Shown: positions 25,207 to 41,100 of the stretch, piece by piece | How the letters are laid out: the number at the start of each line of letters is the position of its first letter | Numbering within the stretch: the stretch's first letter is position 1 | Origin: Phaeosaccion multiseriatum | Taxonomy: Eukaryota > Protista > Ochrophyta, other classes | Assembly: GCA_965112735.1 (NCBI GenBank) | Contig: OZ218959.1 | Coordinates: forward strand, 2,852,001 to 2,916,000 | Direction: 5' to 3' | Length of the DNA stretch: 64,000 bases | The notes under the pieces: generated by a model | What the model saw: the letters and a program-made list of their open reading frames with translations, nothing else | Database searches by the model: none | Told to the model about the DNA's origin: nothing | Program-made: the position numbers and the translations under genes

Positions 25207-26294
25207 TCACTTGTCCTTCTTGGCCAGAGTAGCCGCTGTAGAAGCTTTGGCCGGTGCCTTCTTTGTCTTGGCCTTGCCTGGCGGAGGCGGCACCCCCGTC
25301 ACAATGTACAGCACGTCGTGCGCCTTGGAGAAGGGGTTGAATTGGGGTCCGAAATACGTCTGTGCCCACCCAACCACAACCAGGAAGGTAACGGCAATGA
25401 GCTTGGCGTTTCGATTGTCGTACACCTCTTTCGGTAGATGGGCTTGCACGTTCGGGTCGTGGGTAGCAAAGTGGTAGAAGGTAGAGATGTAGAATGCGCT
25501 CTGTAACGGCCACACGGCGCCTGCCTTGAGGGCGGAGAGGCCTTTGTCCAGGGGGAGGAAGAGCCCCCCTGCACCGCCGATGGTGGCGAGGACGATGGGT
25601 CCGAAGATGGGCATGTGGTAGTACTTGCCGGCCTTTCGGATTCATTCACAGATGGGGAGCATGGATGGAGGCGGTGGGGGCGGGAAGGGAAGGGAGTGAG
25701 CTTCGTTTGTATGCACGCAGGGAGTGTAGGCAGTACATGTGCGCATACGCAGGGAGGGAGAAGAGAGAGGGCGCGCGAGAGAGAGCGAGAGCGAGAGAGG
25801 GAGGGATGGAGAGCGAGATGGAGAAAGTGGAGAGATGGAGAGGGATGAGAGGGACAGGGGACAGGGGGGGAAAGAGAGGGGTGGGGGGGGGGGAGAGGGA
25901 GAGCGGGAGAGGGGAGAAGAGGGAGAGCACATAGAGAGAGAAGAGAGGGAGGCCCGTTGCACCACAGTGTCAGCCGACCCAACGCCGAGCGAGGCGTCGT
26001 TTCGTTCCATCCGTGCCAATCCCCCCCCCCCCCTGGCTTGCGGAAGCTCGCGAGCTCGCTATGTACGCTCTTCCTGGGGTAAAAGGAGCAGAGCGGACTC
26101 TTCTCTCCCCTCCCCGTCCCCTCCCCTCTCCTGTACGTCCATCCTTCTCCCTCCCTGCCAGCTCGTCCTCCTCGTCCTCCTCCTCCTCTTCTTCTTCGTG
26201 CTCCTGCTCCTCCTGCTCCTCTTCCTCCTCCTCCTCCTCCTCCTCCTCCTCCTCCTCCTCCTCCTCCTCCTCCTCTTCCTCCTCCTCCTCCTCC

Positions 26295-26326
<32 letters not shown>

Positions 26327-27237
26327 CTCCTCCGCCGCCGCCTCCTCCTGCTCCTCCTTATCCACCCACTCACCTCGATGACCTTGAATGCCATGTCCAC
26401 CATCCCACATACGGCCTTCCCTCTGAACATCTCAAAGAAGGTGATGAGTACAAAGGGCATACCGGGAAGCGCTCGCACACGGCCCCACACATTGGAGGCT
26501 TGGAATACAATGAACCAGGCGGTGCAGACAAATGGCACAATGAGATCATTGGTGAGCATGACGGGAGGCTTTCCGAGGAGGAAGGGTGCAATGATGCCAC
26601 CGCCGAAGGTAAGCATGAAGGTCATGACCAGCGACAGGGCCCAGAACATGGGGTTGGCATCATCCATAGCTTTCACCTGTGTATTTTTGCGGGCAGGCAG
26701 GCAGGTGGGCAGGCAAAGGGAGGGGTGTCAGCAGGGCTGGCAGGTATCCAAGCAGGTAGGAAGGTAGTTGGGGCGGGGCAAAGAGGAGGGTGTGTGGTGT
26801 CAGCAGAAAGGTACGATTGGGCACCGAGAGGGATCAGAGAGATGGAGACAAGACCTGGGGGGGGGGGGGGGAGAAGAACGTACAAGGGACAAGCCATGCT
26901 ATTGGAGTGGCCAAAGGCTGACATCTGCACACATAGGACATCACCAGGATGTGAAAGAAAAAAGGGGGTGGAAGGAAATGTGTTCTCTTCTAGATGTGAG
27001 GGATGTCATTGCTCCTCACGTCAGCCTTCGTTCGCCTTGCACCACTTCCTCTACCCCAATCCCCTCCCTGCGCCAGCATGAACACACAGCGCCACGTTAC
27101 TACTAACCCCATACTTCTCGTTCCCTCACCTTCGAGGCCCCCACGAGGCAGAAAACGAAGAGAGTGATCAAATCCAGGTGCTCATACTCCTGTAGAAGGA
27201 ACTTGGAGGTGTAACTCCAAGCATCTCCAATCTCCAT
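25207..27237 (-). CDS. Trimeric intracellular cation channel (TRIC/TMEM38 family)
   Basis: MEIGDAW...|...SLVMTFMLTFGGGIIAPFLLGKPPVML...FEMFRGKAV...|...GPIVLATIGGAGGLFLP; two Gly-rich GGG transmembrane motifs, several hydrophobic helices and a Lys-rich tail. Confidence 0.8.
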
Positions 27238-27668
27238 GCTGAAAGGGTGGAAGCAGAGAGATGCGAAGAACGAGGGAGAGGGAAGAAAAAAGAAAAATGT
27301 CGCGCGGATCTTGATGACTGAAACTGAAACTCACACGAAATCGACCGCATCGACACCCAACATTTTTCGATTTTCACCAACTTCCTCCTCCACAGACAAA
27401 AGAGGCAAGCTTATAAAGTGTCACGTACAAAGCACACCATAGTATCCACTCGCGAAGGGTGGCAGCAGCAGCAATGTACTGAGAGGCTTCTTCCACAGAC
27501 AAAGCCAAAGAGCGAAGCAGCACCTGTGAGAGCAAAGCCAGGAGCTCAGGTCCGCACCGAGTTGCCGGTGGACAAAGGCAGGAGAGAGGAGGGGAGAGGA
27601 GGGGAGAGCTGCAGCAGCAGTGAGGACGAGAAATTGTACAGAGAATGTTTGAGAATGGGGGGAACGGG

Positions 27669-29255
27669 ATGGGGCTCCCGGAGGTGGAGACGACTCTGAA
27701 CGGGCAGAAGAGGGTGGCATCCTTCGCCTCATTGGATGATAGTGATTTGCTTCGTATGAGGTCGGCAAGCTCCTTTGGGTGGTATGATGAGTCTACGCAA
27801 TTAGACACCCCAGATACAAGGTGAGAGCCCCCCTTACTGACCGGCTTGTTAGCCCGGCTTGTTAGCCCTGCCTTCCCCTCTCTGGGACCCTACGCATAGT
27901 GAGAGCACGTGAAGGGAGGAAGCACGCCCCCCACTCTTAACCCCTTTGCACTTTGCGGCTGCTCTACCTCTGCCCCCCCCCCTATCCATCTGGTGTGATG
28001 CGCGAGCAGTAGCTTCATGCAGATCAGAGACTGGCGCGAGATCGACGGGGACGACAACAACCCAGCGCAGACGTGGAGCTGGTTTGGGAAGGGGGGCGCG
28101 GGAGGAGGGAGCTCCTTCACTCTCGACCAGGAACAGGGGCGGACGGGGAACGGGAACCACATGTCCGGTAATGACGACGGGGCAGTAGGGGCAGCAGCAG
28201 CGGCGGCAGCGGCAGCAGCGGTAGCAGCAGGAGCAGGAGCAGACAACCGGGAGGGAGACAAGGGTCAAGGCAGCAAGAAGCGCAAGGGATGGCGGGGGGT
28301 GGGGGGGGTGGCCATGCACATCAACAATGAGCAATTCGTCACCACCACCAAGACATTCTACTCCAACAAGGCCGAGCCTGTCCCTTATGCGGTGGCTATT
28401 GGCGCCATCCGAGTCCTGGATGGTCGCGGGGGAGGGCATGCTCAGTACGAGGTGGTGCTATCTACTAACACCCACATTACGCGGTGTTGGAAGAGATTTA
28501 GCAACTTCAAGCTCCTCGCAGAGTACGCAAAGGTCGGTGGGGGAGTGAAGTGAGGGTGAGGGTGAGGGAGAGAAGGGGGAGACAGAGACCCGGAGGGGAG
28601 GAGACGGAGGGGAGGGAAGGAGGCGCAAGGCCGTTATCTCCTCTCGAAGGGGCGTGAGTGGCGTGCACGGGGCGAGCGAGGTCACTCCCTCCCTTCCTCC
28701 AAGATGCTTGATGCTTGGGGGAAGGCGTTACGGATAGGGCATGTCGCGAGACAGACGGACAGACAAACAAACTCTTTTGGTTTTTATTCCTGCTTCCATT
28801 CCTGCTTATATCGCCATGAATGGCCCTCTCCCCCCCCGCCTCCCACCCGAAGGAGGGGCCTGGGTGACCAGCCACTTACGTGACCCCACCCAACCTCCCT
28901 CTCCCTCCTCCCCCTCCCTCCCTCCCTCCCTCCCTCCCTCCCTCCCTCCCTCCCTCCCTCCCTCCCTCTCCCTCCCTCCCTCCCTGCCTGCCTGCCTTCC
29001 TTCCTTCCTTCCCCCTTCCTTCCTCCCTTCCTTCCCCCCATATGCCCCCAGATGTCCGATATGGTGCGTACGGTGGACGCGTGGGCCACCATAACGGAGA
29101 AGCAGCGCTTCTTCCGCTGCCTGGAGGCGAATTACCTCCGCACCAAGTGCTACTTGCTCGAAAAGTTCCTGGCCCAGCTGCTGTTCGACTTGCCCACGCC
29201 TTCGCTGCTTCTCACCTTTGTGCAGGTGAGGGGGTACAGTGCTTTACATACATGA
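27669..29255 (+). CDS. PX (phox)-like domain protein; 3' end uncertain
   Basis: HAQYEVVL...CWKRFSNFKLLAEY...|...RCLEANYLRTKCYLLEKFLAQLL...LLTFV matches the PX pattern (Y.V, RRYS.F..L, LE.FL..LL); introns at about 27821-28010 and 28534-29051. Confidence 0.65.
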
Positions 29256-29899
29256 ATGCATATGTGTGACGGGGAGACTGGTGTAGGGTAGGGTAGGGTA
29301 TAAGGTAGGGTAAGGTATCACAGGACAGGGCGCGGTAGTTGGCGGCTTGTTTGCTCTGGCATGTCGGAGTACTGATTGGGAATATTGACTTACGAGCTTA
29401 AAGGAGGTGGGATTGATTCGAGACCAAGAGCCCCCTCGTCTCGCTGCTCTCTGGCGCTCCTCCTTGCCTCGCCCAGTTTTTTTCCGACCCTGCCTGAACT
29501 GCCGTACCACGCCAACGTCTGGGGGGGTTCCTTTTAAGGCCCTTACCCATATGCCAGGGGATACTATCCAGGGCGAATGAGCTGAAGCGAACTGTTTGCC
29601 CCCCCGTTCCCCCCTCCAACTCGATTTCCCGCGCTTTGCCCACGCCACTTGCTGCAGGCGCCGATTTCGACTTTCATGCGTGAAGCTTCGTGAATCACGA
29701 GTGGCGCAATGCACGCACGCACGCGCACACATGTACCGAGACACACATACCGAGATGGAGCTTGACAGGGAGGGAGGAAAGACAGAGAGAGGGAGAGACA
29801 GACAGACAGACAAGACAGACAGGGGGTGAGAGAGACAGATACGGAGAGATGAGCGAGAGAGACAGAGAGAGAATGAGAGAGAGAGGAAGAGAGAGAGAA

Positions 29900-29934
<35 letters not shown>

Positions 29935-30439
29935 GGGGTACAGAACCACCTCCGATCCATCGGAAGCTTTGCTTTGCTTAGCTCTCCTTCCACCAGTCGG
30001 AGAGGCGTCCATCCCGTCTCCGGTGATATACCGCAGTGAAGGGCACCGATGGAAGTGAAGAACCAACGAGGGCACTGGAAACATGCACTTCCCTCTACGC
30101 GTGCGTGCGTGCGTGCGCTGTCAGGGGTTAGGGTTAGGACGGGGAAATGGCACCTGACGGCGACGGAGGCAGGCACCCACCACCATTCCCAGTCAAGGAG
30201 GGGCGGGAGTGCCATATGGGGATCATATGGGCGTGGTTATGTGTACGCACACCATCCCGTAGACACACCAAGTTGGGCAAGTAGTAGGTCGATGGATATG
30301 GTCTTCGGATGAAGCCCTTGTCGCTCTCTGGGTCCATCCATCGATTGCCCTCTGCCTGGAGTCGAACGGGGGCACCCAGATGATGATGATGAGGATGATG
30401 ATGAGGATGATGATGAGGATGATGATGATGATAATGATG

Positions 30440-30471
<32 letters not shown>

Positions 30472-30923
30472 GATGATGACCTCGAAGCAAATGGACGGGG
30501 AAGGGGATGGGGATGCGGATGGGCAGTGCGGCACGTGAAAGGCCTTTTGTTGTTTGGTGGTTGGGTTGGACCCACACACCACCACAAGAGAGGCCACAGA
30601 GTTTGAGGCGGGGAGAGGGGGTGCGGGCTGGGGTGATTGAGAGATAACTTGACGCTGTATGGATGGCCAATACTCAATCCACAATTCATCATTATATTGG
30701 GGAAGCTGCGGTCGGGCTGCGCCACGCGTAGCGTAATGTAATTTAAGTATACGTGTTTGATTTGTTGTTGTCTTGTTCTACTCTCCTTCCCTTCTCCTCC
30801 TTACACTTCATTACTGCTACGACAAATGAAGCTTGTTCGCATAGTACCCTCATGGAAGAAGAGTGGGAGGAAAAGAGAGGAGGATGGTTGTAATGGCCTG
30901 TTCGCCTTAGTCTTGATGAATCA

Positions 30924-33802
<2,879 letters not shown>

Positions 33803-34519
33803 CTTCCAACGCCGCGTGCTCTACAGTGTAGAGCTTTCCCCACGAAGGGGGGAACTTTACCACGAAGGGGGGGGAGGACACAGTTTCAGAATTTAATCGC
33901 CAATTGTGAGCGGGGTGAAATACCAACCGACCCAATGGTCATATAGTACAGCGGGGGAGGTAGGGCGCCACAGATGAGGTGAGGATTAGGATGAACATGA
34001 TATCCCCGTGCCGGGGAGGAGGGGAGGGTGGGTGGATAGTAACTTGCTTGTGGGGTGAAAGTGACTTACACTGTGCGGCTGGCTGCTGGCTGGCCGGGAG
34101 GGAGGGAGGGTGGTTGGGGGTGGGCTGTATACGGAGCGATTCTCTCCGCTGCTTTTCACGAGTCAAACATGCGAAGTCACTTTATATGTATTGATTAAGG
34201 TTCATTCAGTAGGTAACGGTAGTGTGTCATACGTTCGTAAGTGTACACGTACCAGTACAAGCCAAATATAAATATAGCGTCCTTTGTTCTGAGCTCCGGA
34301 CGACGGCGTAGCTACTTAACATCATCACATAGCCGATGGTATCGTATGGTGGTTTACGTTGGTTCTGACCACCAGCTAGGCGTGGCAGCTCGCTCTGTGT
34401 GGCAGTGCGAGGCAGCCAGTCCAGCAGCCGCCCAACTGTCCCGAGGGGGGGGGGGGTGCGTGCGGAGGGCATCACATATCAAGACAGAGTTCTAGACATA
34501 AAACACCAAGCAAGCAGCG

Positions 34520-34553
<34 letters not shown>

Positions 34554-34697
34554 CTATAATGCAATGGTGTGCAGCACCAAGAGGCAGAGCCAGCAGTGCC
34601 CAGGGCGTGGTGCGTCGAGATGGAGCGAGGCTGCGAGCAAAGCAAGTCGATTCGACTCGAGGAGACTTGCCTTGCCTTGCCTTGCCTGCTTCCTCCA

Positions 34698-35560
34698 TCA
34701 CATAAGGGGTCCCCAGGTAGCCGCCCCAGCAGCAATACTCGCAGGACCAGGCCCGCCGAGAGCGGCCTCGTAGGCCAGTGTCTCCTCGTATGTGGCCACG
34801 AGCCGGGGTTTTGTCGGGTGCTGCTGGTGGTGTGCGGTGGCCGTAACGGCGGTGGTGGTGTCAGTGGTGCTGGAAGAGCACAAGGAAGAAGGAAACCGAG
34901 TAGCTATCATCCCCCACGAGCCTGTGGTCGTGGCAATTCCTCCTCCGACGAGTGAGAAGTAGTTGTTGTTGATGTTGTTGTTGGTGTTGACGTTGTTGTT
35001 GGTGTCGTTGGTGTTAATAATATTGTTGTTGCTGTCTCGGCCGTGCAGGAGTGGCCCACATGCTGTTCCGCTCGCACCACAGCGAAGGGGAGGAACTGCC
35101 AAGGATGGACCTGCTGCCCCTGCTCCTGCTCCCGGTGCGGCCAAGGCGGACGGACCGGATAGTAACAGCGATACCGCCCTCGACGGTGACAGTGCCATGG
35201 ACGGCGAGACCGGAGCCCCGCCACCGGAAGTGAGAAGATTGGACGTACTACCTCTTGTTCCAGGACGAAGCGGTCCAAGAAAGGGGGAGTAGTAGGGCAC
35301 CGAGTCGTGGTGGTGGTGGTGGTGGTGGTGGTGGTGATGGTGGGGGTGAGGGCCAGCAGCATCGGGGCCTCCGAATCTGGAGCCTGCGACTGGCAGGGTC
35401 CCTGCTATCCTCTGCTGGCCCTGGTCCTGTTGGTGCTGCTGGCATCCGTCCTCCTCGCGTCCGTAGAACGAGGCGTCGCTCTCCCCCCCTTCGCGATGAA
35501 CAAGGCCGCCCTCCTGAAGACGCTGCTCTGTGCGCGGGCTTGGGAGCGAGAGCGGAATGT

Positions 35561-35617
<57 letters not shown>

Positions 35618-36376
35618 TGCTACTGAGGGGGACGATCAATTCGACGCCGGAGTCCATCAAGTCCGCGCCCACGCCCGCCGCGCCCGCCGCTGCCATTGCT
35701 GCTCCTGCTCGTGCTCCTGCAGCTGCGGCTGCCGCGCCATCGTTGGTCGCCCCATTGCGCCCCCCGCGCTGCACCCCGACTCCGCTGCTGCACCCCCCCA
35801 AGCCGACAAGCGATGAGATCGAGGGGGCTCCATCGGGCGCAGACTGAGGGCTACTGTTGTGGTCGAAACCGATGCTAAAGTCCAGCAGAACGCGCTCCTC
35901 CTGCGACCCAATTGAGCCGCGCCGCTGCTGCTGTTCCAAGCGCTGCTGCCGCTCCTGCTGCCTCGATAGTCTTGATGTTGAAGAAAGCCCCTCAAAGAGG
36001 CCATGTTCCTCCGTGGGCTGCCTCTGCCCCTGCTGGTGATGCTGCGGGCCTTCCTCGTCAATGACGTTCACGGTCGGAAGAAAAAGGGGGCTGGTGCTGG
36101 TGTTGGTGCTGGCCGTGCCGTCGTTCTTTGCAAGGGCGGCAGTTGATTCGGCCTCCGACGAGAAGGGAAAGGCGAAGGACAACACATCCGGCGAGGAGGG
36201 CTCCTCCCCCCCCTCCGCGCTGCCGCCGGTGCTGGGGCCAGAGAAGAGGCCGAGGGTCAAGTACTTGTGGGCCTCTCCGGGCGGCGTTGAAAGGCCAAAC
36301 GAGGGCACCGGAAAGAAGGAGAGGAGGGGCGGGGGGAGCTGGTGCTGGTGCTGTTGTTGCTGGAGAAGAGATGAAA

Positions 36377-36410
<34 letters not shown>

Positions 36411-36977
36411 GTGGTGGAGCAGTGAACCCTTGGCAGGAGCCTGCTGCCGTTGACTTCGCAAACGGGCCGCCATCGTCCGAGTGGCGGGGCGGTCGCTCAC
36501 CCTCACTCCTCCTTTCTTCTTGGCGCTCGCCGCGCCTCCTTCGCCGCCCACCGCGCCCACCGCCGGTCTTGCGAGAGCGGCCCTACTCGTTGTGGGCCTG
36601 GTGGCCGTTCTTGTTGTGCCGGCGGCTTTCACAGCACTAGGAACAGCAGCAGCAGAAGCAGCAAAAGCAGCAGCATCTGGGGGTTGCGACCGTTCACCGG
36701 CGACCGGCACGATCACGCAAGGCAGACCGCCACTGGCACGGGCGGCAGTAGCAGCCCTCCTCCGCGTACTACTACTGCCCGCTGCCCTCGGCAGGAAGTG
36801 GTAACCACAAGAGAGGCAGTCTTTGGCGGCACTCTTTTCGACAGACCTGCACGACGGGCATTGCTTTCTTCCCTTGCCCACCTTGACCCTTGCGCCGCGC
36901 TTCTTGCCACGGTACCGCTTCTTCGCAGGCCCTGCTGACACTACTGCTGCTGCTGCTACTCGCACCTCGGTGCCCAT
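34698..36977 (-). CDS. Low-complexity protein with an N-terminal basic C4 zinc ribbon
   Basis: 759-aa ORF; KRGARVKVGKGRKQCPSCRSVEKSAAKDCLSCGYHF is followed by polyQ/S/H/N tracts. Confidence 0.65.
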
Positions 36978-37613
36978 CTTGGCTTCCTGCTTTGCTAGCT
37001 GCCGCCGTTCTTCTTGCTGCTGCTTGCTGCACTGGCTTCAACTTCCTCTCCCCTCAGGTCTGGGCCGGTAAGTAAGTGGATGGGACTAAAAAAACGTGCA
37101 ATCTTCTCTACTTCCTCTCCTTTTGCCTCGAGCGACGTCCAGCCATGCCCCCTTTTTTTCTCTGCTGCTACTAGCTCGTTACACTACTCTACGAGCGATA
37201 TCACTCTACTAAGGGTCGATGGATTACCTTCTGGGTATGTGTACACAGTAAGGAGGGTGGGGGGATTAAAATAAACCAGGAGTTGCTCTAACCGAACGAC
37301 GTGTCCTCGAAGCACACTCCACGGAAGGGGGAAACGAAAGAAAGGGGGCATTTATGAATTCCCCCTGCATTTTGGAGGCAGTAGCGGTTACAGAAAATAA
37401 AAAATACCCCCCCCCCCCCTCCTCTTGTGTAAGTCGATACTTAACTGCCCAGCCCCCCCCGTCAGAAGAAGTCAACAGTTCTCAGCAGGCAGGGACCCGC
37501 TCAGATGCTCAGCCACGCTCACATGAGCTCCCGGCCGACCTCAGCCTGACTGCTGCCTCCTCCTATACGTCCTCTCCCCCCCTCTCTCTCCCTCTATCGA
37601 CGCATCGAGCAAC

Positions 37614-37843
37614 GGTTACAGTGTGCGCCGGCCAGGTTACAGTGTGCGCCGGCCAGCCGGCCATAATCAGTAATCAGGACGACTGGCGCCGGCCGTAATC
37701 AGTAATCAGGCCGGCTGGCGCCGGGCCGTAATCCGTAATCGGCTCAGGCCGGCTGCTGGCGCCGGCCATAGTCAGTTATCAGGCCGGGGTGGCCGGAATC
37801 AGTAATCAGGCCGGCTGGCTGATCGGCTGGCGGCGCACAGGCG
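37614..37843. mobile_element. MITE-like or transposon-end repeat array bounded by inverted repeats
   Basis: Left CAGTGTGCGCCGGCCAGCCG (37640-37659, preceded by a 21-bp tandem copy) pairs with right CGGCTGGCGGCGCACAG (37824-37840); about five internal GCCGGCC-rTAATCAGTAATCAG-GCCGGCTGG units. Confidence 0.55.
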
Positions 37844-38054
37844 TACTCTAGCTACGGCCGCTCGACTACTCATCGATGTGCGTGCTTTGCCAGTAGCCCC
37901 TTTCATACCCTTGAACCCTTTGCGCATAGCCATATAGCCATGCCGCCCATCGGCCAGTACTGGACAGCCTCAGCCGCGAAGCAAGCAACATGATGCCGAA
38001 TGGAGATTGGAAAGCTACTAATAGATGTCTCGATTCGATGTGGCTCTTAGGATC

Positions 38055-38070
38055 TTAGGGTTAGGGTTAG
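38055..38070 (+). repeat. Short interstitial telomere-like (TTAGGG)n
   Basis: TTAGGGTTAGGGTTAG, preceded by a degenerate CTTAGGAT. Confidence 0.55.
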
Positions 38071-38112
38071 ATGCAAACTATGTGATCACGTGACGTGGGC
38101 AAGATGCTGCCC

Positions 38113-41100
38113 TCACATGGCGCTCTGACCCGACCCGATGCAGCCTGGGCATAACCAATCTCCCTGTGGCACCTCCGTAAGAGGGGGCTTGAGGCACCCG
38201 AGGTGGTACTCTGCACCGCAGTACAGCCTTCGCCATCACAGAGTATCGTTGTCTGTCCTGCCACCTGGTCGAGATGGCAGACGGTGCACGCTGTGCCAAC
38301 CCTTCGCTTCTTGCCCTTGTGCATGTCTGCGTAGCTCCCACGACCCCCGGCAGTTGATGGGATGATGTCGTGGTCACCACGGCTCCCACCCTCTGTTGGT
38401 GTAGCGTGGTTCCTTCTTCGTCATCGCTTTCTGAGGACGGCGCTTCTTCTTCGTCTCCCTCTTGTTCCGCGTCTTCGTCTGAGCGTAGGCCTCTACTCTC
38501 CCTGTCGATCCTCTCCCTGCTTGCTGGATTCACGGCATCGCCCATGGCTACATACTCCTCGTCAGTAACGGTAAAGCCCATCAAGCGCCTGGTCAGAAGC
38601 GACTGGCTGGTGCTCACATTTCTGGCGCTGTCTTTCTTGCTGCTGCCTGCTGCCTGCGCCGCCCTCTTTCTTTTTTGCGAGCGCCCTTCCTTTCCGACAG
38701 AAAACTCGACGAAGCTATATACCGCGCTGCTGAACGATGACAGCTCCCCGTGAATGGCTTCTGCGCTCACGTTTGCATCGTGGGTGTGGCGATACACTAC
38801 CCCACTGCTGTCATTGACGACGTCGTGAGCCATGTCGAAGTACCCCACCCTGGGGGTGGCAGGCGTGATGGTCTTCACTGCCTTCACGCGCTTTCCACCG
38901 CTTCTGCGGACCTTCTCGAACACCTGCTTTATGTCTTGCTGCAGTTGGCAAAGGAAAAAAAGCTCACCACCGCCCTGCGCCGCTTTGATGAAGACCACGT
39001 CCCCCTCCCTGTACATGAGCTCTGTGTACCTGCTGTGCTGCATCGTCCCTGCCCCTAGCCCCCGGCGCTGCTTGAGTTCTTGATAGAAGGCTCGAAGCCG
39101 GTGTCCTCGTTACCTCGGCCCTCGTTCTTGTCAAAAGCAATCGCCAACGGTAGGCAGGGCCCCGACCTCGGCCTTTCCCTTGTCTGTCACCCGCTTCGAG
39201 CGAGGCGGCTTCAGGAGTCGAGCGGCGCGGCGTAGGAGCTCGAGGTCAGCTGCTCGCGCTGCCTGCTGCGCCCGGGTCTGGAAGCCTAGCGGGATCTTCC
39301 TCCTCACGAAGATAGGGTCCGCGACGCGCCGACAGTTGTTGTAGGAATGGTGGTAGTGACCACGGTGCTTTCGCTGGCCGCTGGATGCGCTGTCTCTTCG
39401 CTGCCTCAAGCGACACTCTTTGTCGTCCTCGCAGGAACTGAAGCGCGTCTGGAACGATGCAGTCCTTTCGAGGTGGGTGAAGCTGGTCTCTACATTTAAC
39501 GTGAGGACCGACTTGGCCTGGACCATGGCCGTCTTCTCGCCTGGCACACCCTGTTAACATTCCAAGGAGCAAGCAATGAGTGAGGAAGTATCCAAAGGGT
39601 CAACGACGAGCGTGCACAAGGTAGTCATTGCTGATGGGAGTCGGAGGCGGGGGGGGGAGATGGGTGGAGTGCATGAGGCATGCATGCGGGCAAGGGTCTC
39701 CACTCCAGCACCAGCTGCCTCGGCTTTGCTTCACTCACCATTCCCTCCAGCCTCTTGTACGTTTTGGATATGGCGGTGCCCGCGCACCTCAGGCTCTTCC
39801 TAACCGAGGGAGAGAGGGCCCCCTCTGGCCCCTGCACGGATGCGACACTCTTCCCTGTCTGCTTTGCAGCCTGCTCCGCCATGTCCTTAAAATGCATGTT
39901 CGCAGAGGCCAGCTTGACCGCCGTCTCACTCAGCGACTTCGCATTCCTGTGCATGTCAACGCCATTGACAAGGTAGGGCTCGAGAAGCTGGGCCGCCTTG
40001 GCCACGCAGCGGATCGCAGGCAGTAGTCGTTCCGCAGTAGGGTACATGTCCGTGAGAAGCCTGAGGCATTGCCCACCGGTGTCCGAGAAGGCAAAAGATT
40101 TGCTCCCACCGAGGAAGGTGCCAAAAGTAGGCATGTACGGTGCGACCGCCGTGGCTGTCCCGCTTGCGCTGCTCTTGCCCGCGTGGTCATTGCCCAAGCC
40201 GCCTGCCAACACCCGAGAAGACCACTGCCCAGTGTATTCATTCTTCCACACAGCCTTGATCGAGTTGTGACCTTGATCAGTCATGAACATAAGCTCTTTC
40301 GCCGACACGCCTGGTAGCACACCATGCGGCGCTACATACAAGCCACAGGGCTTGTCACCCACGTTCTCCATCACAAGCTGAAGAGGCGCTGGACGAGCTG
40401 CAGGCTCGCTGTGCTCCTCCACTAGACCCCTCGCTTCCCCTCCTCCCCCCGCCCCCCCCTCCTCATCCTCCTCCTCCTCCTCGTCGTCTTCCTCCTCCTC
40501 CGCCTCCTCCTCCTCATGCCCCTTCCCCCCCTCCTTCTCCTCGTCATGCCCTTGCTCAACGACCGGTCGACAAGGACTGCTGTGCGAGAGGGCAAGAGAG
40601 CCGTCGCGCCTGACACGTTCCCGGGTAGCTGCTCACACAAAAGCGTGTACAGGGCGGAAGCGGGATCGCTCGCTCGGAAGGAAAGCAGACCGAGCCCCCC
40701 CCCCAGACTTCGTGAGCTGCTGAGAGATGATGAGGTCGTAGTCCCGACATGATCCCAAGCCAATACACACAGAAATTGGGCATCGGAGGTGGGCGACGTG
40801 CTTAACTAGACTCCCTGAGGCGCTGTCTCGACTCTGCTGGTGAGCACAGACTGCCTTGAGGGCAATGACCCCCTTTTCCCCCGCGGAACGCCCCTGTCGA
40901 TCATCATCGTCCACACCATCCACCCCGCCCCCCTCTCCAGTCCGTGTGCGAGAGCCTGGTAGAACGGGCTTAATGCTAGCCACGTAAAGCTCGTTGTTCG
41001 TGCTGCTGCACACGTAGACGCAGTCATTCACCACTACCACCCCGCCCGTGCTCTTCAGACGATCATCTCGGAGTACGATGGTGCAATCCGCCGGCACATG

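Noticed and set aside
37614-37843. CRISPR-like appearance of the ~32-bp repeats
   Set aside because: The units are adjacent with no unique spacers, there are no cas genes, and the context is eukaryotic.
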